The notes beneath the pieces are model-generated. The model saw nothing but the letters and a program-made list of their open reading frames with translations. It searched no databases and was not told where the DNA came from. The position numbers were made by a program, and so were the translations under genes. A DNA stretch of 64,000 bases from Candidatus Methanomethylicia archaeon (GTDB lineage Archaea > Thermoproteota > Methanomethylicia > Nezhaarchaeales > B40-G2): assembly GCA_029259155.1 (NCBI GenBank), contig JAPDJI010000020.1, positions 1 to 64,000 of the forward strand, read 5' to 3'. Each line of letters opens with the position of its first letter. Position 1 is the stretch's first letter. Shown piece after piece: positions 9,847 through 19,341 of this stretch.

Positions 9847-11119
9847 TCATGCCGTACCCTATTAACCTAAACCTTCCACCTATTTGTCTGCTGATAGCTA
9901 CTCGAGAACCCACTTCAGCGCATACAGGCCTCCTCAGCTTAACGCGCACCTTGTTCTCTGAGAGAGGCATGGCAGTGCCTATGGTGGTGGCAGTCCCTAC
10001 GTTAAGCATCAACAACTCGTTCGCTTTTATCTTCTCCACTTTCACTTGCTCGGCCGTACCCACAGCCTTTTCTAAAAGGTATACTTCTAGGTCTAGCTCC
10101 CACCAAACCTCAGGTAGAGTACCAGGCTTGCCCACAATGTTCCCTACGAGAGAGTCTGCCTTGGTTAAGGAAGGGTCTAACGTCGTCCCAACACCTATAA
10201 GGCCTCCAGGCCTAGCAGCCTCCAAGTTAACGTCACCTCCTCTTAAGCTGACCACCTCCGTGAATAGCGGTTCATACTCCACCCTTCCACCACCCTTCTC
10301 TACCCTTAAGCCAGGCCTGATCTCCACCTCTTCACCCACCCTCAGTACTCCTTGAACAATCGATCCTCCTAGAACACCTCCTTTAAGTTCCTCGGGAGTG
10401 GTGCCGGGCTTATTCACGTCAAAGGACCTGGCAACATACATCCTTGGAGGCTTAGACTCATCCCTTACAGGCGTCGGCATGAGCTCGTCTATGGCTTGGA
10501 GGAGGACGTCTACGTTGACGCCGTGCAGAGCCGAGATAGGTATGATAGGCGCGTCCTGGGCTGGAGAGTCCTTAATAAAAGCGAGGATCTGCTGGTAGTG
10601 TTCTAGGATCTTTTCCTTAGGCACTACGTCTATCTTGTTCTGAACCACTATTATTTTGTTAACACCTATAATCTCCAAGGCTTTAAGGTGTTCACGTGTC
10701 TGAGGCTGAGGACAAGGAGTGGTAGCATCGATGACTAGGAGAGCACCATCCATTAAGGTGGCTCCAGCCAACATCGTAGCCATTAACATCTCGTGTCCTG
10801 GACAATCCACAAAGCTGAATTTCCTGAGAAACATTAGCGGAGAACCACAGTGTTTACACGTCCAGCCTGAAAGGTGAAGAGTCGTATAACATTGAGGAGG
10901 AGGACAGTTGGGACACTTTAAAGCTACAACGTCTGAATATCCCAGTCTTAAGGTTACCCCTCTCCTCATCTCCTCGGAGTGTCTAGCAGCCCATACACCT
11001 GATAGGATCCAGGCAAGGGTGGTTTTACCGTGGTCTACGTGGCCTGTGGTGCCTATATTGAGCACGGACTGAGAACGTCCCGCAAGCTCCTTAGCTTCAT
11101 TGATGCTCTGCCTCTTCAC
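9839..11119 (-). CDS. eif2g: Translation initiation factor aIF2 gamma subunit
   Basis: GHVDHGKT, DCPGH, NKID, RSFDVNKPG; GTG at 11119 behind GGAGG chosen as start. Confidence 0.95.
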   Translation of the reverse strand: MKRQSINEAKELAGRSQSVLNIGTTGHVDHGKTTLAWILSGVWAARHSEEMRRGVTLRLGYSDVVALKCPNCPPPQCYTTLHLSGWTCKHCGSPLMFLRKFSFVDCPGHEMLMATMLAGATLMDGALLVIDATTPCPQPQTREHLKALEIIGVNKIIVVQNKIDVVPKEKILEHYQQILAFIKDSPAQDAPIIPISALHGVNVDVLLQAIDELMPTPVRDESKPPRMYVARSFDVNKPGTTPEELKGGVLGGSIVQGVLRVGEEVEIRPGLRVEKGGGRVEYEPLFTEVVSLRGGDVNLEAARPGGLIGVGTTLDPSLTKADSLVGNIVGKPGTLPEVWWELDLEVYLLEKAVGTAEQVKVEKIKANELLMLNVGTATTIGTAMPLSENKVRVKLRRPVCAEVGSRVAISRQIGGRFRLIGYGMIE

Positions 11120-11465
11120 CTCCCTCCTCCACAATCACCATGTTAACTTGGACTATGTCCTCGGTTATGGTGTTCCCTCTAACCATGACGCGCTTCCTCA
11201 TCCCCTCTTTCTTAGGGTGAAAGCCGGGGGGGTCTGAGAGTAAGACCCTGTATTTACCGCCTCCAGGTATGTCGTGGCGCATGGGGAAACCGCTTTTATC
11301 GCTACCGCCTGTTATCTTGAGCTTAACTCCTGGATAGCCGTAAGTAGCGCCGTCAACCACGTCGCCTATCCTCAAACCTATTAAGGCGTAAGCTTGAGGG
11401 CCCTCTACGACCACTTGTTTAGCCTCACCTGTTTTAGGGTTCGAGATCACTAGCTTGAACGACAC
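11097..11465 (-). CDS. rps6e: 30S ribosomal protein S6e
   Basis: ITGGSDKSGFPMR, RVMVRGNTI. Confidence 0.96.
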   Translation of the reverse strand: MSFKLVISNPKTGEAKQVVVEGPQAYALIGLRIGDVVDGATYGYPGVKLKITGGSDKSGFPMRHDIPGGGKYRVLLSDPPGFHPKKEGMRKRVMVRGNTITEDIVQVNMVIVEEGGEEAEHQ

Positions 11466-11523
11466 CCATCACACCTCGATGCTAGGTTACTGCAAGAGAG
11501 ACCCTTAAATAAGCTTCCGAACA

Positions 11524-13334
11524 TCACCTCATAGAGGCTTTTGACCTAACCTCCTCGAGCTCTTGGAGAGCTTGAAGCTCATCTTCTGTAAGTTCTCCCT
11601 TATACTTGGAAAGAAGAAGCTTGACTTGATGTCCAGGGACATCCACGTAGAGGACGTCTCCCTCCTTAATCTGTCTACCAACCATCACATCTCCTTTGAT
11701 GGACACTGCCACAGCATACCCCTTCACCGCCTCGTCGACGGGTTTACCCTTATCCTGTATCTGCATTACTATTCCAACGCTTTTGCCGTCATCCTTAATG
11801 AGTGGGTAGCCAGGTCTTATCCGGCCTAACTGAACTTCCACGCCCACGATGGCTGGGTCACTTCTCCTGAATACGTAGCCTGGCAGGAGCTTTATCTTCC
11901 CAGGCCTTATGAGGGAGGCGAACTCTCTTCTACGCTCCTCCTCTCTTAGATGGCTTACCCATTTCTGATAGTCGTCGAAAACCCTGTAGATCACGTTGCT
12001 CCTAAAGACAGGGATCCCTCTCGACTTAATCTCCTCTTCAACCTCGGGCAAGGCCTTAACGTTGAAGGCCAAGATCACCCCCAGCGTCTTGTCCACGTCC
12101 CTAACTATGGAGGCCTCGATCACATCCCTCTTGGTAATAGGACCTACATCAGCCATCCTGATAGGTATACCTAACTCCCTGAGCTTACTAACCATAGCCT
12201 CGAGGGAGCCTAGCGTATCGGCCTTCACCACTACTCCTTCAGCTTCAGTCGAGAACCTTATGCTAGCCAGTTCCTCAATTAGAGTTTTCTTAAGTCCCTC
12301 GACCTCAGCCTCGCTCGAAGCAACTAGCAGAGGCGAGCCTGCTACTACTTCTCCTAAGCCGGGAGCTACGATTCTTACCCCGGCTGCGGCGTAAACCTTA
12401 TCCACCGACTTAAAGCGGTCTTCAGGATCCCTCATTTCATCTAAAGGCTTAGGGAGGAGGAGGGCTCTAACCCTCGTCACCACTGGGCCTGTTAACCCGC
12501 CGAGCACGATGATATCGTTGCGTTTAAGCACACCGTCATGTATGATGGCGTCAACCACCACACCTAGCCCAGGAAGCTCCCTGCACTCAAGCACAGCTCC
12601 CCTAGCTGGACCTTTAGAAACATGTAGCCTACCCATCATATACCTCTGTGTAAGCCCAGCCAGGACAAGGAGAAGGTCAGGGATACCTTCACCTGTTAGA
12701 GCGCTTGTAGGCACGATGGCAAGGGTCTTCGTGAAGTCCTTAACCCTATCATAACGCTCAGCGTTAAAGCCCTCATAGGAAAACTGCTCTACGATCCTAT
12801 AAGTCAACTCCTCAACTCTACGCTGAACCTCAGGGCTTTGAGCCTTAAAGGACTCGATGAAAGACGCATACTCACGCGGCTTCCACCCCAAGATGCGGTC
12901 TATCTTATTGGCCGCGACCACGAAGGGTACCCTACGCTCCTTAAGTATCCTTAAACTCTCATAGGTTATCTCCTCGAAGCCTTCAAGGATATCTATAACT
13001 AGGATAGCTATGTCAGCTATCGACCCTCCTCTCCTACGGAGGTTAACGAAAGCCTCATGACCAGGAGTATCTATCACTAAGAAGCCAGGTATCTTAATCT
13101 CTGCCTTAAACGCCTTGAGTAAAGGGCCACAGAGACGTTCAAGCGCTGTCCAAGGGAGGAAGGAAGCGCCTATATGCTGGGTTTACCATCCAGCAGGGCC
13201 CCCCGCTGGATCATGGCCCCAACCTCCCTGAACATGGTGGCCGTCCCCCTTATTTTATCGAGGAGAAGCGTTTTACCGACGTCCACGTGGCCCAGTACAC
13301 ATATGATAGGCGATCTGACGTACTCTTCAGTCAT
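11524..13334 (-). CDS. infB: Translation initiation factor aIF5B (IF2), two exons (13334-13212 and 13182-11524), 593 aa after splicing
   Basis: Exon 1 [22 protein letters not shown]...REVGAM, exon 2 TQHIGASF...IDTPGHEAF...NKID; frames join only when the 29-nt BHB insert is removed. Confidence 0.93.
13183..13211 (-). other. 29-nt BHB intron in infB pre-mRNA
   Basis: GUUGGG-GCCA-UG^A-UCCAGCGGG-GGGC-CCUGCUGGA-UGGU-AA^A-CCCAGC: 6-bp outer helix, 4-bp central helix, two 3-nt bulges, 9-bp inner helix. Confidence 0.9.
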
Positions 13335-13385
13335 TAGACCCCTCCTCCAAGCTACTTCTAGCGGCGCGTTTCATTAACTTTTGCC

Positions 13386-13832
13386 TTAACTAAGCCAGAA
13401 AGCATCAGCCCTATCGTAGCTATAGATCTCATTGTCCTTAAAGAACACCTTGATCTCGCGTTGAGCGCTCTCCAGAGAATCTGAGGCGTGGACTACGTTT
13501 TTAGTCAAAGATAGTCCAAGGTCCCCTCTAATGGTTCCTGGAGGAGAAGATTTAGGATCCGTTGAGCCGATTAGTCTCCTAACCACCTCGATGGCCTTCT
13601 CCCCCTCCACCACCATTGCGACTACGGGGGACGAGGTTATGTGAGAGACGAGGTCGTTGAAGAAAGCTTTACCTTTATGTACGCTATAGAGCTCCTCCGC
13701 CTCCTCCTTGCTAAGCCACTTCAGCTTGAGCCCAGCTATCTTTAGCCCTTTAGCCTCAACCCTCCTTATGACTTCACCGATCAATCCTCTGACTACACCG
13801 TCGGGCTTAACTAAGAGGAGGGTGCGCTCCAT
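13386..13832 (-). CDS. ndk: Nucleoside diphosphate kinase
   Basis: [27 protein letters not shown]. Confidence 0.97.
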   Translation of the reverse strand: MERTLLLVKPDGVVRGLIGEVIRRVEAKGLKIAGLKLKWLSKEEAEELYSVHKGKAFFNDLVSHITSSPVVAMVVEGEKAIEVVRRLIGSTDPKSSPPGTIRGDLGLSLTKNVVHASDSLESAQREIKVFFKDNEIYSYDRADAFWLS

Positions 13833-13840
13833 GAGGCTTC

Positions 13841-14041
13841 CTACCTCCTACGAGCTTGAGCTTCCTCCCTGGTCTTCTTAGCCCACTTAATCTTGGCAGG
13901 CTTACGCCTCAACTTTAACATGTTCTTCCTACACTTACCGGAGCAGAAGAAGAATACAGTGCCATCCCTCTTCACATACATGATGCCTGTCCCAGGTTCT
14001 ATTGTAGCGTTGCAGAAGGAACACTTAGCTGCTCTAAGCAT
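13841..14041 (-). CDS. rpl24e: 50S ribosomal protein L24e
   Basis: CSFC..IEPGTG.MYVKRDG...FCSGKC; ATG at 14041. Confidence 0.95.
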   Translation of the reverse strand: MLRAAKCSFCNATIEPGTGIMYVKRDGTVFFFCSGKCRKNMLKLRRKPAKIKWAKKTREEAQARRR

Positions 14042-14139
14042 TACAGGTCCCTCCCCACGTAAAGTAGAGCTTAGCTTTAAGTTTAGCTCGCCTCCATACA
14101 CGTAACGCTTAAATTCTTGCCTTTACCTCCACGCCTGGT

Positions 14140-14361
14140 ATGAGCAAAACTACTGGAGACGAGGCCACGCCGGCAGAGGTTGTCCAAATAATCGGTAGGA
14201 CAGGGGTTACAGGAGAGGTTATCCAGGTTAGGTGTCGTATACTTGAAGGTAGAGATAAAGGCAGGATTTTGACCCGGAACGTTAAGGGCCCTGTAAGGGT
14301 TGGAGATATACTGATGCTTAGAGAAACTGAGCGTGAAGCTAGGAAGCTAACGCCAAGGTAG
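14140..14361 (+). CDS. rps28e: 30S ribosomal protein S28e (opposite strand to neighbours)
   Basis: [18 protein letters not shown]...[22 protein letters not shown]. Confidence 0.96.
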   Translation: MSKTTGDEATPAEVVQIIGRTGVTGEVIQVRCRILEGRDKGRILTRNVKGPVRVGDILMLRETEREARKLTPR

Positions 14362-14371
14362 ATTCCTTAGC

Positions 14372-14821
14372 TTACGACTTACGCTTCCTTCGTTTAGGTT
14401 TCTCCTCAGCCTCAGCAGGTGCAGCTTCCGCTTCCTCGCTAGGAGCACCTTTAACCCTGATCTCCTCCACCTTCTTCACGATCTCATCGATCAGTGACTT
14501 AGCTTCGCCCTCCTCCACTATGCAAGCAGAGGCAGCTTTAACCTCAATACCGCAAGCTTGCCCTAATCTATCCTTGCTTGGAACGTAGATGTAGGAGATC
14601 TTCTTCTCCTCGCAGAGGAGAGGTAGGTGAGCTACCACCTCTGGAGGGTCGACGTCCTCTGCGATGACCACCAGCTTAGCTAAGCCACGTTCCACTGCTT
14701 TCGTAGTCTCATTGGTGCCTTTCCTAACCTTCCCGGTGTCCTTAGCTATCCTCACTGCCTCGTATGCTTTCTCAGCTAAGTCCGAGGGAACCTCAAACCT
14801 TACATAGAAAGGTTTGGACAA
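14372..14821 (-). CDS. rpl7ae: Ribosomal/sRNP protein L7Ae
   Basis: [37 protein letters not shown]; charged C-terminal tail. Confidence 0.97.
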   Translation of the reverse strand: MSKPFYVRFEVPSDLAEKAYEAVRIAKDTGKVRKGTNETTKAVERGLAKLVVIAEDVDPPEVVAHLPLLCEEKKISYIYVPSKDRLGQACGIEVKAASACIVEEGEAKSLIDEIVKKVEEIRVKGAPSEEAEAAPAEAEEKPKRRKRKS

Positions 14822-14828
14822 GATCTTA

Positions 14829-14860
14829 CGCCTCCTCTCACACTCATCAATTCATGGGCG
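14829..14860 (-). promoter_or_regulatory. Putative K-turn in rpl7ae 5' UTR overlapping the Shine-Dalgarno
   Basis: CGCC-CAU-GA-AUU...GAG-GA-GGCG: C-stem CGCC/GGCG, 3-nt bulge, tandem GA/AG; TATATA box at 14886-14891. Confidence 0.65.
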
Positions 14861-14960
14861 AGTAACGATATAGCGTTAAGCGGGGTATATATGCTTTCCC
14901 ACTCTTGCATAGGAAGGTTTTAGGTGTAGGGAGGACGAGTTCTCCGTAGAGGGTCTAAGA

Positions 14961-16694
14961 ATGGAACTTGACCTTAACGTTATACTAAGGAAACATGCTC
15001 TTAGAAACGCTATACTTCATGGAGGAAAAGCGGACGTCAACGCCGTGGTTAAGAAACTTCTCGCTGAGAGGCCTGAAGTAAGGTCTAGGTTGAGGGAGCT
15101 TATCGACGTGGTTAGAAAGACAGTCGACGAAGTCAACAGCTTAACGCTCGATGAGCAGCGAAGAATCTTGGAAGAAGAGTTCCCCGAGGTGTTGGAGAAG
15201 CCGGGAAAGGAAGAGAGGAAGTTACCTCCACTGCCCGCAGCGGAGGGCTTCGAGAAAGTGGTTACTAGGTTCGCTCCTGAACCTAATGGGTTTCTCCACT
15301 TAGGCCATGCTAAGGCAGCAGTGCTTTCTTACGAGTACGCTAAGATGTACGGCGGCACCTTCATCTTAAGGTTTGAAGACACCAACCCCAAAGCCGAGAA
15401 GGCCGAGTTCTATGAAGCGATAAAGGAAGACTTAAGAGCCTTAGGCCTTTCATGGGACGTGGAGAAGGTTGTTTCTGACGACATCGAGTTCATGTACGGC
15501 ATAGCCAAGTCTCTCCTAGAGAGAGGGCTTAGCTATGTTTGTATTTGTCCAACCAAGGAGCTTAGGGAGAAACGTAGGCGAGGAGAGGAGTGCGTTTGCC
15601 GGCACTCTAACGCGTCACGAAACCTAGAGCTATTTGACGGGATGCTTGAAGGAAAGTTTAGTGAAGGCGAAGCCGTGGTTAGGCTTAAGACAAGCATGAA
15701 GGCGAGGAACTATGCTCTCCGAGACCCTGTGATCTTGAGGATCATCGACTACCCACATCCTTTGAAAGGAGATAGATACCACGTTTACCCCACCTACGAC
15801 TTTGCATGTGCCGTTGAGGATCATGAACTACGTGTAAGCCACATCTTAAGGTCCATAGAGTTCGTAATGAGGGTAGACATCCAGGAGGAGATCTTCAAAG
15901 CCATGGGCTGGCCTATGCCCGTGGCCATACAGTTCGGTAGGCTTAACATGGAGGGGGTCCCACTGTCAAAGAGGAAGATAACGCCGTTGATAAAGGATGG
16001 ACTTGTAAAGGGATGGGATGACCCCCGCCTAGCTACCTTAAGAGGTCTGTGGAGGAGAGGAATACGCCCAGAGGCGGTGAAGAAGCTCATCCTAGATGTA
16101 GGACCAAGCAAAGCTAACGCCCTCATAACCTGGGAGCTGCTAAGCTCATACAATAGGAAGGTGGTGGACCCCATAGCTAATAGGTTCTTCTTCGTCCCCC
16201 ACCCGAAGTTAATGATCGTTTCAGGCACGCCTCCCATAAGCTCAGTGAAGATCAAGCTACACCCTAACTTCCCTGAGCGAGGCTTTAGGGAGCTACATGT
16301 CGATGGGTTGGGAGGAGAGGTTAAGGTCTTCGTTGATGGAGAGGAGGTCGCGCAGCTAGCTAAGCGCAAGTTTAGGTTGATAGGGCTCTTCAACGTGGAG
16401 GTCCAAGAAATAGAAGAAGTGGTACACGCCAGGTATGCCGGTGACGAACTCATAGATCCTAAGGTTCAGTGGGTTCCTGCCGAACGTAACGTTAAGGTAA
16501 GCTTAACCATCCCCACAAAGCTATTCCTAAACGGAGGAATAAACCTAGAGAGCTTAAAAGTGATGGATGGGCTCGGAGAAGAGACCTGCTCATCCTTAAA
16601 GCCGGGGGACCTCGTCCAGTTTGAGAGGATAGGCTTCGCCAGAATAGATGAGGTGGAAGATAAAGAAGTGAAAGCTATCCTCACTCACAGGTGA
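14961..16694 (+). CDS. gltX: Glutamyl-tRNA synthetase
   Basis: TRFAPEPNGFLHLGH, RFEDTNP, PTYDF, LSKRK, GWDDPRL, QFERIGF. Confidence 0.96.
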   Translation: MELDLNVILRKHALRNAILHGGKADVNAVVKKLLAERPEVRSRLRELIDVVRKTVDEVNSLTLDEQRRILEEEFPEVLEKPGKEERKLPPLPAAEGFEKVVTRFAPEPNGFLHLGHAKAAVLSYEYAKMYGGTFILRFEDTNPKAEKAEFYEAIKEDLRALGLSWDVEKVVSDDIEFMYGIAKSLLERGLSYVCICPTKELREKRRRGEECVCRHSNASRNLELFDGMLEGKFSEGEAVVRLKTSMKARNYALRDPVILRIIDYPHPLKGDRYHVYPTYDFACAVEDHELRVSHILRSIEFVMRVDIQEEIFKAMGWPMPVAIQFGRLNMEGVPLSKRKITPLIKDGLVKGWDDPRLATLRGLWRRGIRPEAVKKLILDVGPSKANALITWELLSSYNRKVVDPIANRFFFVPHPKLMIVSGTPPISSVKIKLHPNFPERGFRELHVDGLGGEVKVFVDGEEVAQLAKRKFRLIGLFNVEVQEIEEVVHARYAGDELIDPKVQWVPAERNVKVSLTIPTKLFLNGGINLESLKVMDGLGEETCSSLKPGDLVQFERIGFARIDEVEDKEVKAILTHR

Positions 16695-17793
16695 AAGCCC
16701 TAGCTCTACGCGTAGCCAATCTAGACACTTCTATCCCTCGTGCCCTCAACCACTCCGCGGTCCGCCCCGTAATCACCACGTCAGCTTTCTTGAGGTCCTC
16801 TACGCTACATGAACCTGTGAGGAACATCGCTAACCTAAGCTCCTCCATTATCCTCTCAAGAAACTCTATTACCGCCCATCCTCCAGCTAAAGCTGGCCTA
16901 AGGAGGGGTAAGGCCATTCCAGCCATGTCAGCCCCAAGCGAAAGGGCCTTGGCGGAGTCAAGGCCCGACCTAACACCTCCTGAACCTATAATGGGCAAAG
17001 ACGTGGCCTCCCTGACCTCTACGATGCTTACAGCTGTAGGAACACCCCAATCCCTAAACCTCATCCCTACGCTATGCTTCCTTTCATCACCATTGCTTAG
17101 GGCACGGTAAGCCTCGATAACAGCCCAGCTGGTACCTCCAGCCCCAGCCACGTCGATAGCTGAAACTCCAGCCTTCTCGAGAGCCATAGCTTCTTCACGC
17201 GCTATGCCGCTACCGGTCTCCTTAACTATCACAGGGACGCCTACGTTCTTAGAGAGCTCGTTGATGGACTCTAAGACCCTTTTAAACTTGGCTTCACCTT
17301 CAGGCTGCACTGCTTCTTGAAGAGGATTGAGGTGTACTGCTACTGCATTGGCTTCCACCATGTCTATTGCCTGTTTAACGAAGTCTAAGCCTTCACTCGT
17401 CAATTGCACCGCCCCAACGTTAGCAGCTATGAATACATCGGGAGCCACTTCTCTGACTGTCTTAAAGGAGGCCTTTAAGCCAGAGTCCTCTAACGCTGGC
17501 CTCTGACTGCCAAGCTCGAGGAGAAGGCCTAGATGTTGAGCAGCCTCAGCCAATGATCTATTAATAACAGCAGCTAGTTTAGGTCCCCCTGTCAACGCTG
17601 AGATGGTTAATGGAGCCTTAAACCTTCTCCCGAGAAAACGAACTTCCATAGACACCTCTTCTAAGTCTAGTTCAGGTATGCAGCGGTGTACGAGGTATAT
17701 ATCATCAAAGCCTGAGCGTAAACTGGCGGCTTCCACATCCTTTTCTAAACAAACCCAAATGTGTTCTAGCTTACGCCTACTTGAAACATCCAC
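16681..17793 (-). CDS. fni: Type 2 isopentenyl-diphosphate isomerase
   Basis: RKLEH, GSQR, HLNPLQE.VQPEG, KETG.G, AGAGGTSW. Confidence 0.95.
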   Translation of the reverse strand: MDVSSRRKLEHIWVCLEKDVEAASLRSGFDDIYLVHRCIPELDLEEVSMEVRFLGRRFKAPLTISALTGGPKLAAVINRSLAEAAQHLGLLLELGSQRPALEDSGLKASFKTVREVAPDVFIAANVGAVQLTSEGLDFVKQAIDMVEANAVAVHLNPLQEAVQPEGEAKFKRVLESINELSKNVGVPVIVKETGSGIAREEAMALEKAGVSAIDVAGAGGTSWAVIEAYRALSNGDERKHSVGMRFRDWGVPTAVSIVEVREATSLPIIGSGGVRSGLDSAKALSLGADMAGMALPLLRPALAGGWAVIEFLERIMEELRLAMFLTGSCSVEDLKKADVVITGRTAEWLRARGIEVSRLATRRARAFTCE

Positions 17794-18639
17794 TTAAACC
17801 ACCATTAATGAAGCGTAGCCTACCACAGAGGAGTAGTCCTTAGTTACGTCACCGGAAGTGGCATACTTAAGTAGCTCAGCCTTAGAGGCTCCAAAGCTTA
17901 AGCTGGCTATTATCATGGAGGCTACGGGGCCATAACCACACATAGAGATAGCCTCACGCTCCACCACCTCTATCAAGCCTTTAGCGTCCATCTTCAAGAT
18001 GGCTTCGATGGCCATCCTATCCTTTGCCTCAGCTGACCTCTGACTTTCATAGTGTGTAAAGTCCGTGGACGCTATCACCACCACGTTTCTCCCAGCAGCA
18101 GCGCTCGCTATGGCCCTCCCAACGTCTATGCATGCTTCGTAAGCTTGGATCATCATGCATATAGGCACTATCTTAACCTTCTCCCCGTAGATGTAGGTGA
18201 GGAAAGGTAGCTGAACCTCGATGGAGTGTTCGTTTAGGTGGGCTTCCTCATCCACCGATATTAAGCTAGCTGCTCCTTGGATCCTTGAGGCCAGCTCAGT
18301 GTCTATTTCAACCTCTCCTAGTGGGCAGCTCCAAGAGCCATCCACCATTATTGATATACCTGCCCCCCAGCCTGTATGGTTAGGCCCTATGATAATCGCT
18401 GTGTCCGGGATTCCGTCTTCAGCAAGCGCCAAGTAGGCTTGAGCGGCTACAGGCCCTGAATACATGAGGCCTGCGTGAGGCACCACTAGTCCCTTAATTC
18501 TCCGAGGGCCTTCTTTCTCCACCTTAGGAAGCTTGCCTGGACCTAAAGAGCTGAGGAAGCAGTGTTCAATTCTCTTTTTAAGGGCGTCGGGGTCAGCCTC
18601 ATAGAAATAGCCAGCTACAGCAGGCCTTCTAACTCCCAT
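17794..18639 (-). CDS. MEMO1-family protein
   Basis: RRPAVAGYFY, PHAG.MYSG, GPNH, EHSIEVQLPF, STDFTHY, MCGYGP. Confidence 0.92.
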   Translation of the reverse strand: MGVRRPAVAGYFYEADPDALKKRIEHCFLSSLGPGKLPKVEKEGPRRIKGLVVPHAGLMYSGPVAAQAYLALAEDGIPDTAIIIGPNHTGWGAGISIMVDGSWSCPLGEVEIDTELASRIQGAASLISVDEEAHLNEHSIEVQLPFLTYIYGEKVKIVPICMMIQAYEACIDVGRAIASAAAGRNVVVIASTDFTHYESQRSAEAKDRMAIEAILKMDAKGLIEVVEREAISMCGYGPVASMIIASLSFGASKAELLKYATSGDVTKDYSSVVGYASLMVV

Positions 18640-18648
18640 CTAGACCCC

Positions 18649-19296
18649 CTACTCTACGCCTTCCTCCACCTTGGCCTCGAACTCCTCGAGAGGCGTAGGT
18701 AGATCGGCATCCGGCGGTATAACTCCCCGCTCCCTCAAAACCTGCCTTGTTAAGAGCCAGTAGGTCAAGGCTAAAGCTTTCCTTCCTTTATTGTTGACAG
18801 GTATCATGAGGTCGACGAAGAAGACGTCGTTATCGGTGTCGCATAAAGCTACTATGGGGACACCTATCTGAGAAGCTTCTATCAGTGCTTGTTCGTCGGC
18901 TCTAGGGTCAGTTATCAACACCACGTCTGGCTCAACATAGGTAGGAAGGTTGGGGTTCGTGAATGAGCCAGGTATGAATCGGTTAATGAGAGGCCTAGCT
19001 CCTGTGAGCTGACAGAACTTTAACACGCATGGGACGCCGTACTGTCTAGAGGAGACTGCAGCTATCTTAGGTGGATCATAGCGAGCTAGAAACTTAGCGG
19101 CTATCCTAATGCGTTCATCAATCTTGCCCACATCTATTACACATAGCCCATCAGGCCTAACTCGGTAGATGAAGGGTTTAAGGAAGCGGCTTTTGATATG
19201 AGTACCTATATGTAAGCCTGCTGCTAAGTAAACCTCCAACGGTATGAGGAGCTCTATCTTCTTCTCCTCACCTTCCTTATCTCCCGTGGATGACAT
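18649..19296 (-). CDS. rps2: 30S ribosomal protein S2
   Basis: [31 protein letters not shown]. Confidence 0.96.
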   Translation of the reverse strand: MSSTGDKEGEEKKIELLIPLEVYLAAGLHIGTHIKSRFLKPFIYRVRPDGLCVIDVGKIDERIRIAAKFLARYDPPKIAAVSSRQYGVPCVLKFCQLTGARPLINRFIPGSFTNPNLPTYVEPDVVLITDPRADEQALIEASQIGVPIVALCDTDNDVFFVDLMIPVNNKGRKALALTYWLLTRQVLRERGVIPPDADLPTPLEEFEAKVEEGVE

Positions 19297-19341
19297 GTCA
19301 ACCAGCCGCTAAGGCAAGCCGGATCCTTTAATAGTTAACGG

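Noticed and set aside
11060-11100. Out-of-frame ATG overlapping the rps6e stop as a sign of an intron in eif2g
   Set aside because: Only simple hairpins and no BHB; an in-frame GTG with a GGAGG SD explains the gene.
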